This document shows positions 37,918-48,203 of a stretch of 64,000 nucleotides of DNA, one piece after another. Both the position numbers and the translations under genes were made by a program. The stretch spans positions 10,568-74,567 of IMG/VR virus record IMGVR_UViG_3300031707_000008. One strand, 5' to 3'. The stretch is from a virus. Below the pieces are notes generated by a model that had not been told where the DNA came from, did not search any database, and was given only the letters and a program-made list of their open reading frames with translations. Numbering within the stretch: the stretch's first letter is position 1; every line of letters begins with the position of its first letter.

Positions 37918-39913
37918 GTTGTATTTGAGTGGTTTTAAGGGCCTCAAATACGGTTTGATGAACGTTAACGAATTGAAGATTAACTTTGACGAAATCCCTG
38001 AAGGGTTGTGTGCAATTGTGGGTGAAAATGGTTGTGGAAAAACAACCATCATGGACAATTGTCAACCATACGTGACGTTACCTTCGCGGGTTGGGAAATT
38101 GTCAGAACACGTAATAGGTGAAGGTGTACGCGATTTGGAGTTTACGGTTGGTGCAAAAACTTATCGCTCGATTATACGTGTTTCGGAAAAAGGAAAACAT
38201 GATGTAGAATTGTCGTGTGATGGTGAATCGTTAACAAAATCATATCGAGAGTATGAGGAGAGACTCGAGAAACTTCTTGGGCCCCTTGAAGTGTTTCTCG
38301 CAGGAGTTTTTTGCGCGCAAAAGCGTGTACTTTTTGGGCAGATGGAACGTGGAACGCGCAAGGAGTTATTCTTTCATCTTTATGATTTACGCAAGTATTT
38401 GAAGTGGTTCGAAGACTTGGGGAATTTACAAGGGTTGTTGACAACGTACATTTCGTTGCTGGATGGAGCGATTGCAAGTACACGTGATCGTTTAAGCAAC
38501 AAAATCGCACAATTGCCAACGTATAACGTTCACCCAGCAAAGAGTGCAACTTCTCGCGTGTTTTTAGATACGGCGGATGCGTTACACAAACGCCAAAGTG
38601 TAGTGAACAACCTAGAGAAGAATTCTACATTACTTGAAGAATTACAACGTAGTTTGAGTGAGACGATTGCAGAAAAGATTTCTATAGATACGCGAGTAAA
38701 TTACTACAGAGAAACTTTATTGAGTTTGTCGAACGAAGAGAACGTCTTGCTTTCGCAGATACTTAGTGTTGGGGAACTTGAACTTTGGACGGAAGATGCT
38801 CTTCGTGGAGTGCGTGTTTCTTTGGATGAATTGTCGCGATTACAAACGTTACAAGCACAATTGCGCGACCGTTTAGCGAATGCTGCGATTGCAGAGAGTG
38901 TACCATGTGTTCGGACGACGTATGCAGATGCTTGTCCGTTGTTGGAGAAGTTTCTTGTAGAAGGTTCGAAGGCTTCCTTGGAAGAAACATGGAAGGAAAC
39001 GACAGAGAAGATTGATGCCTTACTAAAAGAACGCGACCGCTGGAATACTTATTTGACAACGGTCTCACTTTTAAAATCAACTCAGGACAAGCAAGCGCGT
39101 TTGACGCAAGTGCGGGAACGCATATCGTCTGGCCAAAAGTTTTTTGAAGAGGCACAATCTAAGCAATGTGAACTTATACTTAAGTTGACGACTTTGAACG
39201 AACGCGTTGAGTCCTTGCGTGAGGACTTCACAGTTCTGTCTAGTGCGCGAATGGAATTGTCCGAAACCTCACAAATTTTCACGAGATTACGTAAAGAACT
39301 TGATTTGTTTTTCGATGGTACTTTGGAAATTGAACGTTTGAACCAAGAAGTACGCGATTTCAACAAGGCGTTGATATTGGCACACGCGCGACTTTTGGAT
39401 GTTTTGTCTTTGAAGGACGCTTGTGGGAAAAACGGTATTCCGGCACTTGAATTGGATGCGGCGGGGGAAGAATTTGCCTCGATTGCGAATACGTTGCTAG
39501 AAGAGTTTGGTTATCGTTTATGGTTGACTACACTGAAAAGGAATCGTGATGGTTCTCTTGCGGAAGATTTTTCTGTGCAAGTTTCCCATGGGGATGGGGT
39601 CGTAACACCCTTACAATGGCTTTCTGGAGGAGAAGCGGTTTGGGTTGAAGCGGCTATCGCTGTAGCTGTACAAATTGTGCATTGTCGCCGGGCAGTTGCG
39701 CCGTTCGCTACTGCGTTTATCGATGAATTTGACGGGAGTCTTTCCCACGAGAATCGCGTAAAATATTATAGATTGTTGCGTCTTGCTCATGATTTAACAA
39801 ATCGCCGTCATACGTTCGTGATAACGCAAGACAGAACTTTAGCATCTATGCTTGGCAACGCGTTAATTTGTGAACCCGGTGGCGTGCGAATTTCAACTTT
39901 ACCCGTGAGGTAA
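37904..39913 (+). CDS. sbcC: SbcC/Rad50-like ATPase
   Basis: GENGCGKTT, coiled coil with central C-x8-CP, LSGGE, FIDE. Confidence 0.9.
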   Translation: MRLRKLYLSGFKGLKYGLMNVNELKINFDEIPEGLCAIVGENGCGKTTIMDNCQPYVTLPSRVGKLSEHVIGEGVRDLEFTVGAKTYRSIIRVSEKGKHDVELSCDGESLTKSYREYEERLEKLLGPLEVFLAGVFCAQKRVLFGQMERGTRKELFFHLYDLRKYLKWFEDLGNLQGLLTTYISLLDGAIASTRDRLSNKIAQLPTYNVHPAKSATSRVFLDTADALHKRQSVVNNLEKNSTLLEELQRSLSETIAEKISIDTRVNYYRETLLSLSNEENVLLSQILSVGELELWTEDALRGVRVSLDELSRLQTLQAQLRDRLANAAIAESVPCVRTTYADACPLLEKFLVEGSKASLEETWKETTEKIDALLKERDRWNTYLTTVSLLKSTQDKQARLTQVRERISSGQKFFEEAQSKQCELILKLTTLNERVESLREDFTVLSSARMELSETSQIFTRLRKELDLFFDGTLEIERLNQEVRDFNKALILAHARLLDVLSLKDACGKNGIPALELDAAGEEFASIANTLLEEFGYRLWLTTLKRNRDGSLAEDFSVQVSHGDGVVTPLQWLSGGEAVWVEAAIAVAVQIVHCRRAVAPFATAFIDEFDGSLSHENRVKYYRLLRLAHDLTNRRHTFVITQDRTLASMLGNALICEPGGVRISTLPVR

Positions 39914-39917
39914 ATAA

Positions 39918-41177
39918 GTGAGAAAACGTGGAGGAATTCCTTCGAATGTTGATGCACGTGAACGACTTTTAACGAAGGCGGTTGAGTTCGTAAGAACTTG
40001 TAGAGGTGCCGCATTCAAGATAAATCAAGAACGGTTTGAACGGTTCGCTACAACGGACAGAAATACCATCAGGAAGCACTTTACCTCTTTCGCGGGGATG
40101 ATAGTGGAAGCCTTGATGGAGAATCAGGATGCGATTGAGGCAATATCTGGGGAGAATCGCTTTTATTCATCTGTGTTGAAACAATTGTTGAAAGAACGTG
40201 GGTCGGCGAATCGTTTGATTGCTGCAGTTGAAGAACGTTTATGCGCGGCGAAGTTTGCGACAGTAGATCCGCCACATCCTCGGGCAGTTCGTGCGGGATC
40301 GGAGTTGGTGTTTTTTCTGTTGATGTCTGATCATCATATAGGAAGTTTCGTGTCTTCACCGGATACGGCGGGTTTGGAAGTATATAACTTTGGTGTATAT
40401 CAAAAGCGTTTGGATACACTACTCGATCGTGTTTTGCTTTTCAAATCCCTTCACAGTTCTCATTCGGTTGTGAGAAAGATTATTCTTCCGGTATTGGGTG
40501 ACGTTGTGGAAGGTGCCAATATTTACGCGACGCAAGCTTACGAAGTGGATCGTGTGGTTGTCGATCAAGTATTTTCAGGACTTGAATTGTGGCATCAGTT
40601 TTTGTTGAAACTTTGTGCGGAGTTCGAGGTGGTAGAGTTGTTTTGTGTTTGGGGCAATCATGGAAGACTTGGTAAAGAACACCCAACACGCGTGAATTGG
40701 GATTATGTTTTTTATCGTTTCTTGCAAAACTTGTTTAGGGAGAAGCAATCTAATTTGAGAATTTACGTTTCGGAAACGCCCTTTATGATCTTTCGCGAAG
40801 GAGAGAAGCATTTTTACTTGCATCACGGAGATAATGTACAACGGTATGTTTCTTTGCCCTTTTACGGACTGGATAGAATGGCTCGGCGTTTAAGTGGACT
40901 TTTTCGTGTATTTTTGGATTACGTAATGATTGGGCACTTTCACCAACCCGCGACATTACCTTTCACTTATGGTAAAATGTTTATAAATGGTAGTATGCGG
41001 GGGACGTCTCAGTTTGCGATTGAACGTTTGACTGAAGGAGGAATCCCTTCGCAAACATTGTTGACTTTTCATGCGCAACAAGGTGTAACAGGAATACACG
41101 AGTTAGTTCTAAGCACTCAACCGAAGTTGCGTGCGAATGCTCGGGGAATTTTTACAAAAACTTCACGTGGGAGTTGA
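39918..41177 (+). CDS. Calcineurin-like metallophosphoesterase
   Basis: SDHHIG, LGDVVEG, GNHGR, HHGD, GHFH. Confidence 0.85.
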   Translation: MRKRGGIPSNVDARERLLTKAVEFVRTCRGAAFKINQERFERFATTDRNTIRKHFTSFAGMIVEALMENQDAIEAISGENRFYSSVLKQLLKERGSANRLIAAVEERLCAAKFATVDPPHPRAVRAGSELVFFLLMSDHHIGSFVSSPDTAGLEVYNFGVYQKRLDTLLDRVLLFKSLHSSHSVVRKIILPVLGDVVEGANIYATQAYEVDRVVVDQVFSGLELWHQFLLKLCAEFEVVELFCVWGNHGRLGKEHPTRVNWDYVFYRFLQNLFREKQSNLRIYVSETPFMIFREGEKHFYLHHGDNVQRYVSLPFYGLDRMARRLSGLFRVFLDYVMIGHFHQPATLPFTYGKMFINGSMRGTSQFAIERLTEGGIPSQTLLTFHAQQGVTGIHELVLSTQPKLRANARGIFTKTSRGS

Positions 41178-41179
41178 TT

Positions 41180-41560
41180 ATGAGTAAGTTACCGCGAGAT
41201 GAAACGACTTGTAAGCAGTTTATAGCGCGTGGAAATTCTGTCGATTATGCAGAGAAGAAGGCACTGGGGGAATTGTTGGCAATTGTCGAGTTAATGAGGA
41301 AAACGTTCAACAAGTTAAATTCGCTTTCACTTGCGAAGGAATTAGTTTTGCGCGAAGGGGATTTTGGATTATGTTTGTACACTCATTGTGCACCGGGGTG
41401 TTACGCGGATGTGATTTTTTCGCCTTCTTCCAAAGAAGTTCAAGTGGATGTATTCGTTGCAGAAACTCGTGAAAAAATTGCCTCGAACACATTTCTTCCT
41501 CAGGTGACGGAAGCAGAAATTTTACACTTTATTGATAAGGTTTTTTGGACGAATACGTGA
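41180..41560 (+). CDS. Hypothetical protein
   Basis: ORF tiling between neighbours. Confidence 0.5.
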   Translation: MSKLPRDETTCKQFIARGNSVDYAEKKALGELLAIVELMRKTFNKLNSLSLAKELVLREGDFGLCLYTHCAPGCYADVIFSPSSKEVQVDVFVAETREKIASNTFLPQVTEAEILHFIDKVFWTNT

Positions 41561-41567
41561 GGTGTGT

Positions 41568-42830
41568 GTGGAATTTACACTGGATTTTCAACGCAAAATT
41601 TTAGCGTGTCTTTATCGTCTTCCTGTATTTATGCAACAAAATTGTACTTTGGTGTCAGAAGGGATGTTTGACGCGGCAACGTATTCACTTTTGTCTACAG
41701 TGTTGACGACTTTTTGGAATGAGCATACTGTTCTTCCCTCGAAGACGTCAATCTTGCAAGTGTTAACCAATGCGGGGCAGGCTTCTGGAACTATTGAGGG
41801 TATAAGTTCTTTGTTGGACGAATTGGATAAAGAGAATTTGGAAGATATTGTCTTTGTCGAACAACAAATCTCGATATTTGCTCGCGTTCAAGCGATTGTT
41901 AGAGCTATTGAGGAGAATAATCGTTTGTTAACTGTAGGCGAAGTAGAAGACTTTCAGAGTATTCTACAAAAAGCCTTTCTAGTAGGAACCCACCGCGAAT
42001 TTGGGATTGATTTCTTTGATCATGAACCTGAGTTTGAAGAAGATATTGTTAATGCCGTCCCGACACTGATTCCTCCATTGGATGCGAGAATTGGTTGGGG
42101 TTTGTTGCCGGGCGAATTGGGTGTGTGGTTAGGTGATACTGGGATGGGGAAAACTCATGCATTGATTCACTGCGCGAAGGCGGGAGTGTATTTTCGCAAG
42201 AACGTTGTGATGTACACGTTCGAAATGTCGCATGAGCAATTGGTGGTGCGTTTATCTTCAAGTTTTATTGGTGTTCCCCCGCAACAGTTGCGTTTTTCTC
42301 GTGCGAAGTTGAGAGCATTCCGGAATCATATGCGTCTTTGCGCGGGCAAATTGTTAATAAAAGAGTTTCCTATGGGTGGCGCCACTGTGGCACAATTGAA
42401 AGAACATTTGTATAGTTTGGATTTTGTTCCGGGGTTGGTCGTAGTCGATTACGCAGACGTAATGAAACCTACGAAGGATTACGACGATTTGTACCGCACG
42501 ATTGGTGCGGTATATGAGCAATTGAAAGGTCTCGCTCAAGAGTTTCATGTTCCTGTTTGGACGGCTTCACAAGCTTCTCGAGAAAGCCGAAAAGTGGAGC
42601 AAGTAGATTTAATTCATATCGCGGATTCTTACGAGAAGGCGCGAAAAGCGGATGTTATCGTTGGAATGTCGCAGAACGAACAGGAGAGACAAGATCACAT
42701 TATGCGTTTAACTTTAAACAAAAGCCGAAAGTCCGCTGGTGGAATGACCTTTGAGATTCGACAGGACTACAATCGCATGTTATTTTACAAAATTGATGTG
42801 AATACCGCGTCTTTTGCGAATAGGGGATAG
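41568..42830 (+). CDS. DnaB-like replicative helicase
   Basis: GDTGMGKT, TFEMS, VVDYAD, VWTASQ, ADS, KSR. Confidence 0.93.
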   Translation: MEFTLDFQRKILACLYRLPVFMQQNCTLVSEGMFDAATYSLLSTVLTTFWNEHTVLPSKTSILQVLTNAGQASGTIEGISSLLDELDKENLEDIVFVEQQISIFARVQAIVRAIEENNRLLTVGEVEDFQSILQKAFLVGTHREFGIDFFDHEPEFEEDIVNAVPTLIPPLDARIGWGLLPGELGVWLGDTGMGKTHALIHCAKAGVYFRKNVVMYTFEMSHEQLVVRLSSSFIGVPPQQLRFSRAKLRAFRNHMRLCAGKLLIKEFPMGGATVAQLKEHLYSLDFVPGLVVVDYADVMKPTKDYDDLYRTIGAVYEQLKGLAQEFHVPVWTASQASRESRKVEQVDLIHIADSYEKARKADVIVGMSQNEQERQDHIMRLTLNKSRKSAGGMTFEIRQDYNRMLFYKIDVNTASFANRG

Positions 42831-42834
42831 TTTG

Positions 42835-43815
42835 ATGTCAAACTTTTCGCGTGGGGCGGCTAGGACGATGCATGAGTATTTAGAAACTCTCCCAGGATTT
42901 CATACGCAAACTGGTGAAGAAGTTTCTATAAATTGCTTGAAGCGTAATTGTGGTGACGTACGTTCTCACTTATGGTTTAACACACAGATAGGTTTGGGGT
43001 ATTGTTATAAGTGCCGTAGTCGGTGGAGTATGACTACAGTTATTCAAGTTATCGAAGGTCTCCCTCGCCCACCCGCGTTGATGCGGGCGAAGCAGTTGGG
43101 ATTTGTTGAAAATCCTTTGTTGCGCCCGCGTCTCGAGGAGACGGACTTGGATAAATTTACTTTACCTCAAAGTGTTGATCTTGAAAAGTTGGGTTTTATG
43201 AAAGCCGCTTGGAATGAGATAGCACGAACGTACTTGCACAATCGTGGTGTATCTTATCAGCAAATGTGGGAGTTTAATATTCAATTTGGGATTAATGGCA
43301 AGTATCGCGGACGGATTGGTTTCCCGATTGAAATGTTTGGGAGGTGTCGGGGTTTCGTTAGTCGTGATTTAGCACCAAAGGGTTCTTGGCGAATAATGTC
43401 TGGACTCTCACGCGATAGTGTGATTTATAACTTTGATGTTTGTCGGAATTCTTTGCATATAGTTTTAGTTGAAGGACCCTTCGATGTGATTCATATGCCG
43501 TTTGTTGCTGGTGGTTTGCTTTCTAATAACATTTCTGACAAACAAATCGCGTTATTGCGTTGTAGCAAAGTCGAAACTGTTTACGTCATGCTCGATAGCG
43601 ATGCCGGACCAGAGGCAGCTGGTGTTTGTCGGAAATTGTTACCTTATTTTCACGTAATGTTGTGCCCTATTAAGGGTGATCCGACAGATGTGCCTCAAGA
43701 ACGCTTGCGAACTCTTTTGCGTTGTGCGAAACCTTATGATATAAAAGAGTCGTTTAATTTCGTAGCAACTTCGCTGCGAGAAAGGGTGTTTGGCCATGCC
43801 GCTGTTCATAAATGA
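42835..43815 (+). CDS. DNA primase (zinc finger + TOPRIM)
   Basis: C..C.D..H...CYKC, YLHNRG, RIGFP, VEGPFD, LDSDA. Confidence 0.9.
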   Translation: MSNFSRGAARTMHEYLETLPGFHTQTGEEVSINCLKRNCGDVRSHLWFNTQIGLGYCYKCRSRWSMTTVIQVIEGLPRPPALMRAKQLGFVENPLLRPRLEETDLDKFTLPQSVDLEKLGFMKAAWNEIARTYLHNRGVSYQQMWEFNIQFGINGKYRGRIGFPIEMFGRCRGFVSRDLAPKGSWRIMSGLSRDSVIYNFDVCRNSLHIVLVEGPFDVIHMPFVAGGLLSNNISDKQIALLRCSKVETVYVMLDSDAGPEAAGVCRKLLPYFHVMLCPIKGDPTDVPQERLRTLLRCAKPYDIKESFNFVATSLRERVFGHAAVHK

Positions 43816-44509
43816 AATTTTCGATAGCTTCCAGGGTGAGGGAATTCATGCTGGTAGATTTTGTACGTTCGTGAGATTCGAAGGATGCTCCGTGGGTTGC
43901 CCCTGGTGTGACACAAAATATGCCGCACGATATCATACGGGTTGCGTTACCCCCCCGGAAGACATCGAGAAAGGATGTTTGCCTTTTGTAGTACTAACTG
44001 GTGGTGAACCACTTGAGCAAGATTTAAAGTCACTTGACTACTTGTGTGGAGTCTTGTTGAATACGGGGCATCAAGTTTGTATTGAAACAGCGGGACACAT
44101 TTTATTTCCCCACGCAACTTGCAACTTACGCGCAGTTGATGGTATTGGTGTTTCTCCTAAAGTAGGTTTTTGGTTGGACATGAAAGTTAAACAAGCCATC
44201 CTTCGTTGGAACAACTATCATGTCTTGTACGATATTCCCGTGTGGTTTAAGTTCGTGGTTGACTCTCTGGAGGATGTTTATCACGTAATTGAAGTGTTAA
44301 AACCTCTACAGAAAATTATGTGTACTGGAAAGTGCCCTTTTATTTTGCAACCTCAAGGTTTGCGTAGCATCCCGGAAATAAAACGCTTGCAGTTGCAGAT
44401 AGTGCGTGACTTGCGTGTGAAGAGTTTCGTGAAACAAAGTGGATTCGATATACGTTTGTTGCCACAACAACACAGATTATTGTGGGGTCGCGGAAAAAGG
44501 GGTGTTTAA
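43796..44509 (+). CDS. queE: 7-carboxy-7-deazaguanine synthase (radical SAM)
   Basis: SFQGEG, FVRFEGCSVGCPWCDT, TGGEP, IET, VSPK, PQQH. Confidence 0.93.
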   Translation: MPLFINEIFDSFQGEGIHAGRFCTFVRFEGCSVGCPWCDTKYAARYHTGCVTPPEDIEKGCLPFVVLTGGEPLEQDLKSLDYLCGVLLNTGHQVCIETAGHILFPHATCNLRAVDGIGVSPKVGFWLDMKVKQAILRWNNYHVLYDIPVWFKFVVDSLEDVYHVIEVLKPLQKIMCTGKCPFILQPQGLRSIPEIKRLQLQIVRDLRVKSFVKQSGFDIRLLPQQHRLLWGRGKRGV

Positions 44510-45003
44510 TGCAAGAAGTGCAAACACCGAATAACTTTACGTCAGTTGCGTTACGTTTTTGGGACAAACCTAAAATTTTACGTATTTTCTTTATAGCTTG
44601 GCATGTCCATACTCACACCAACGAAGAAATACACGAACTGGATGTTATCCTCAAAGTTGCCGTAGAGAGAGTTTTCGAAAAAGTTCGTGATCGTTGTATT
44701 GCACCCGTAAAACGTTGGAGCGAAATGCAACACAAGGAAGATAACTTCTCTTATTTCATGTTTGATGCAGATTCCTTGAATTGTACTCACTTGTTTGAGA
44801 ATATGCTTTTTCGTGCAGCGTTACGGAAGAAGAGTGCATTATTAGATTTTCACAACTTCCGCGATATAGGTTTCGAGATTCGTGAAGCAGTCTCCGCAAC
44901 AACACATGTCCCGGTAGATTATACGGTTCGCGTGCGACTTGTACGTTTTATGCCTCCCGTTGTTTTTTCTCGTGAAGATGTGAAGAGATGGCAAAATGGG
45001 TAG
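44509..45003 (+). CDS. Hypothetical protein
   Basis: TAATG overlap with queE. Confidence 0.5.
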   Translation: MQEVQTPNNFTSVALRFWDKPKILRIFFIAWHVHTHTNEEIHELDVILKVAVERVFEKVRDRCIAPVKRWSEMQHKEDNFSYFMFDADSLNCTHLFENMLFRAALRKKSALLDFHNFRDIGFEIREAVSATTHVPVDYTVRVRLVRFMPPVVFSREDVKRWQNG

Positions 45004-45556
45004 AGGAAGAACACGTATTTGTGGGAATTGTGCTGCATGGGAACGTTTGGGTGAAGGATGTATATGGGGAAGGTGTATTAACGATAACGTTCTTGCACAC
45101 GTGTTAGATAGGCGAGTATTTTATCATGAACAGATGCTCCGATGTGCTTTCTTCAAGAACGCTAGTGATCGCGAAGCGATTGCGACGTCTCACCTCAAAA
45201 AGCATTTTGCGAGTGAGGATTTGATTTCTTTGCGTGAACTTCAGCAAGTATCTCATACGCATGCATTGGTGAAGCATTTTTGGGAAGACTCGCTTGATAC
45301 GATTCCTACTAAGTTGGCATTAATTCATTCTGAAGTCTCGGAAGCGCTTGAAGAATTTCGTTGTGGGGGGGAATTGAGGGGTTTTACCCTTGGAATCGAT
45401 GGTAAACCAGAAGGGTTTTCAATAGAGTTAGCTGATATCATAATTCGTGTTGCTGATTTAGCAGAACACTTCGGGATTGATTTGACGGATGCAGTTCGCG
45501 TGAAAACTACTTTTAACTTTACTCGTCCCACACGTCACGGGGGCAAGAAACTATGA
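44996..45556 (+). CDS. MazG-like NTP pyrophosphohydrolase with N-terminal Cys domain
   Basis: LALIHSEVSEALE, ELADIIIR..D, RPTRHGGK. Confidence 0.85.
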   Translation: MGRGRTRICGNCAAWERLGEGCIWGRCINDNVLAHVLDRRVFYHEQMLRCAFFKNASDREAIATSHLKKHFASEDLISLRELQQVSHTHALVKHFWEDSLDTIPTKLALIHSEVSEALEEFRCGGELRGFTLGIDGKPEGFSIELADIIIRVADLAEHFGIDLTDAVRVKTTFNFTRPTRHGGKKL

Positions 45557-46149
45557 AAAAAAAAGCGTTGCGTGTAGTTACCTCCAAGAAGAAACGTCTG
45601 CTGAATAAGAATCCTGTGGAAGACTTGTTGAAACGACACATCCTTTTTGTCCCAGATGACATTTCCGCGAGTTCGTGTGCACAACTCTTGAAAGAATTGA
45701 TAGCAATAGCTACCTCGCGTTGTAGGCGGGATGTACATTTATTTGTGTGTAGTTCTGGCGGGCAGGTTGATATTTCTCGCGCTCTTGTTGAGGTCTTACT
45801 CGCAATGCCGCAGAAAGTTGTGACTTATGGAATTGGAACAGTTTGTTCTGCAGCGTTGACGATCTTTCTCGCGGGCAAGGAACGTATTACACTTCCCAGT
45901 ACGATTTTCTTGTTGCACCAATTTTCTTGGGGGGAGGCTCACGTGAAATATCACGAGTTGGTGGGTCGTCGCGAAATTGAGGATACTGTTTACAAGTTGA
46001 CGGAAGAGTATTACTATGCTCGTACTCGTAGTGATCTTGTTCGGGTTTTGTGTAGGGAAAAGACAGATAAATGGTTTACAGGGAAGCAGGCTTTTACGTG
46101 GAATATCGCAACGAAGTTGGTTGATCACTTAACGATTCCTCAAGTGTAA
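45553..46149 (+). CDS. clpP: ClpP-like protease
   Basis: SSGG, G.VCSAA..IFLAG.ER, LLHQ, DKWF. Confidence 0.8.
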   Translation: MKKKALRVVTSKKKRLLNKNPVEDLLKRHILFVPDDISASSCAQLLKELIAIATSRCRRDVHLFVCSSGGQVDISRALVEVLLAMPQKVVTYGIGTVCSAALTIFLAGKERITLPSTIFLLHQFSWGEAHVKYHELVGRREIEDTVYKLTEEYYYARTRSDLVRVLCREKTDKWFTGKQAFTWNIATKLVDHLTIPQV

Positions 46150-46244
46150 GTTGTTAGAAAGGAATGAAGCAATTCTATTGCAACACTGAAGAATAGGGTT
46201 GCTACTACCTCACAGATGAAAAGGTATTTCGATAAAAAATTTAC

Positions 46245-46273
46245 TTGATTTTTGGATTGGCATATCGTATATT
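46245..46273 (+). promoter_or_regulatory. sigma70-type promoter upstream of phage sigma factor
   Basis: TTGATT-17 nt-TATATT with A/T tract upstream. Confidence 0.55.
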
Positions 46274-46317
46274 ATTATTGAAGGCAAGCGAAATGAAAGA
46301 ACACGTAAATCTGCGAG

Positions 46318-46893
46318 GTGATTGTGAAACAGAATGAAGTTTCTGAGAAGAAGTTCGAAGAGGCTTTGAAGGAATTGCAAGGTTTGATAGTGTGGCAGGC
46401 AAAGAGATTTCAACCAAGTTTGTACAGTTTAGGTGCAGAACTTGATGATCTTATTCAAGTTGGCAAGATTGTATTACTTCGTGCCATGAGAACTTACTCT
46501 GAGGGGCATAAGGCGTCTTTTCGAACGTGGTTTACGCAATGTCTCGAAAATGAATTTCGCGAAATGGCGGATTCGGCAAAAGTTCGACAACGCGTTGCTT
46601 TTTACGAAGATATTTCGCCTTTGTGTATGGGGATGACTTCACAACCCGTTGGGGATGAACATCTTTACGTCGAAGAGATATCGGCACGATTAAGTCAGAA
46701 GGCGCGTTCAATTTTTATGTGTCTTGTTAGACCGTCTATGGAGTTTATGGAGTTTGTACTTGAACGTAAGGCGGGAAGAAGTCTGGTAACGGTAAATCAA
46801 ATCGACATTGCTGAGTTTCTTCACTTGTCTGACGTTTGTGTGGGCGACTACATGAAAGAAGTTCGTAAAGTTTCTTTGGAGATTTTAACATGA
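46318..46893 (+). CDS. RNA polymerase sigma factor (sigma70 region 2 + HTH)
   Basis: LDDLIQVG.I.L..A..TY...SFRTW; C-terminal QIDIAEFLHLS. Confidence 0.85.
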   Translation: MIVKQNEVSEKKFEEALKELQGLIVWQAKRFQPSLYSLGAELDDLIQVGKIVLLRAMRTYSEGHKASFRTWFTQCLENEFREMADSAKVRQRVAFYEDISPLCMGMTSQPVGDEHLYVEEISARLSQKARSIFMCLVRPSMEFMEFVLERKAGRSLVTVNQIDIAEFLHLSDVCVGDYMKEVRKVSLEILT

Positions 46894-46959
46894 GGGTGTT
46901 CCGAGTGGCAACCATCTCGCAGTGGTTGACGCATGCCGGACACCCTCACCCTTCGGGGT
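46891..46959 (+). ncRNA. Candidate structured leader
   Basis: tgagggtgt/acaccctca stem, inner caacca/tggttg, then accc-ttcg-gggt before AAGGAGGTG. Confidence 0.5.
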
Positions 46960-46980
46960 TTAAGGAGGTGTGTTCGCTTG

Positions 46981-47475
46981 GTGGATAATGTTTCGGGTGG
47001 TGAAGATTGTTTTGGGAAGTATTTCGATTCTACTTGTGAAGATTGTATGAGGTGTTCCGCAAAGGATGCATGTTCGAAAGGAACCGCTGCATTCGTTACG
47101 AATGTGTCCGATTCACTTGTAACAAAACAGAAGGAGGTGCCAAATATTATGGTAGAGGAAACCAAGACTGCCGCGAGTGCCACAACGGAAGTAGTTGACG
47201 AGAAGGATCCTATCGCTGTAAAGGCGTTAGAGATTTGCAAGAAGACGGGTATTCGTTACAACACGATCGGTGGTGGAGTAATTCGCTGGCTTATTCAGGG
47301 AGAGGGACAACTAACGGTAGATGAAATCATCGCCAAGTTGGCCGAGGCTCACCCTGGCAAGGAAGCCAAGAATATCCGTACTCGCTTCTACGAGACTGTA
47401 GCCAAGGTACGTGAGACGCTTGGTGCAGACGCCGTCGTTCGCGAGGACAAGAAGTGGTTTATGAAGCTTGCCTAG
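46981..47475 (+). CDS. CFG-type Cys4 motif + winged-helix-like protein
   Basis: DCFGKYFDSTCEDCMRCSAKDAC; C-terminal LTVDEIIAKL...RFYETV; strong SD and downstream terminator. Confidence 0.6.
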   Translation: MDNVSGGEDCFGKYFDSTCEDCMRCSAKDACSKGTAAFVTNVSDSLVTKQKEVPNIMVEETKTAASATTEVVDEKDPIAVKALEICKKTGIRYNTIGGGVIRWLIQGEGQLTVDEIIAKLAEAHPGKEAKNIRTRFYETVAKVRETLGADAVVREDKKWFMKLA

Positions 47476-47508
47476 ACAGCAAACTCTTTGATTACTTCTT
47501 GAGTTGAT

Positions 47509-47548
47509 GATGGGGTGAGCCATCGTGGGTCCCACCCCATCTTTTTTT
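47509..47548 (+). terminator. Intrinsic terminator
   Basis: gatggggtg...caccccatc followed by T7. Confidence 0.85.
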
Positions 47549-47561
47549 CTTGGAGGAGGTT

Positions 47562-48203
47562 ATGGAAACGACGAAGGAAGCTTTAACGAATTTTTCACAC
47601 CGAATAAAAAAGCGTGTTGTTAGTTTGTCAGGTTTAATGCGCACGCGACCCGTTTGCTTGAGTTATACTGTAGGTGTTTATACATTTGGTGGGGTAGCTG
47701 ATGTGTTGTTGAGGGCTAGAGAGAATTTCTTTCCTGATCGTGGATTGACTTTACTTGAATCGGAAGATTCTTTGCAAACATGTGGGAGTTTATTTCTTTT
47801 GGCTGCAAGTATTGAGGCTTGGTTGAAAGACGCGGAAACGTTGCTGCCCCAAGAGATTGACGATCCCTTTCAGTTACCACTTGAAGCGTATGCCTTGACG
47901 GCTACACGTGTTGGAATACTTTTCCCCCCCATTCAATGTGCTCAAGATTTGGTTATTGCACGATATGAGACGCATGGTGAAACCTATCTTGAGGCGGGCA
48001 AAACTCATTTAATTTCGACGATTTGTGACAAGATCGATAGATTTCGACATGTTGTGAATTCTATGCAGGGAGACGCTCGGAAAATGCGTGAACCTTGGGT
48101 TCAACATGGATTGCACGATCCAAGTATTGACATTGTTGGATATTGCATTCTCTTACTTGATTGCTGCTTGTACCGAGGAGAAAACGTGGGCAATGGGTTT
48201 TAA
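47562..48203 (+). CDS. Nucleotide-modification-associated domain 1 (DUF1599-like) protein
   Basis: C-terminal RYETHG..ICDKIDRF...DPSIDIVGYCIL. Confidence 0.55.
   Translation: METTKEALTNFSHRIKKRVVSLSGLMRTRPVCLSYTVGVYTFGGVADVLLRARENFFPDRGLTLLESEDSLQTCGSLFLLAASIEAWLKDAETLLPQEIDDPFQLPLEAYALTATRVGILFPPIQCAQDLVIARYETHGETYLEAGKTHLISTICDKIDRFRHVVNSMQGDARKMREPWVQHGLHDPSIDIVGYCILLLDCCLYRGENVGNGF

Noticed and set aside
46180-46226. Hammerhead ribozyme (CTGAAGA...GAAA)
   Set aside because: Stems needed around the core could not be formed by eye; CTGAAGA lies in a simple hairpin loop
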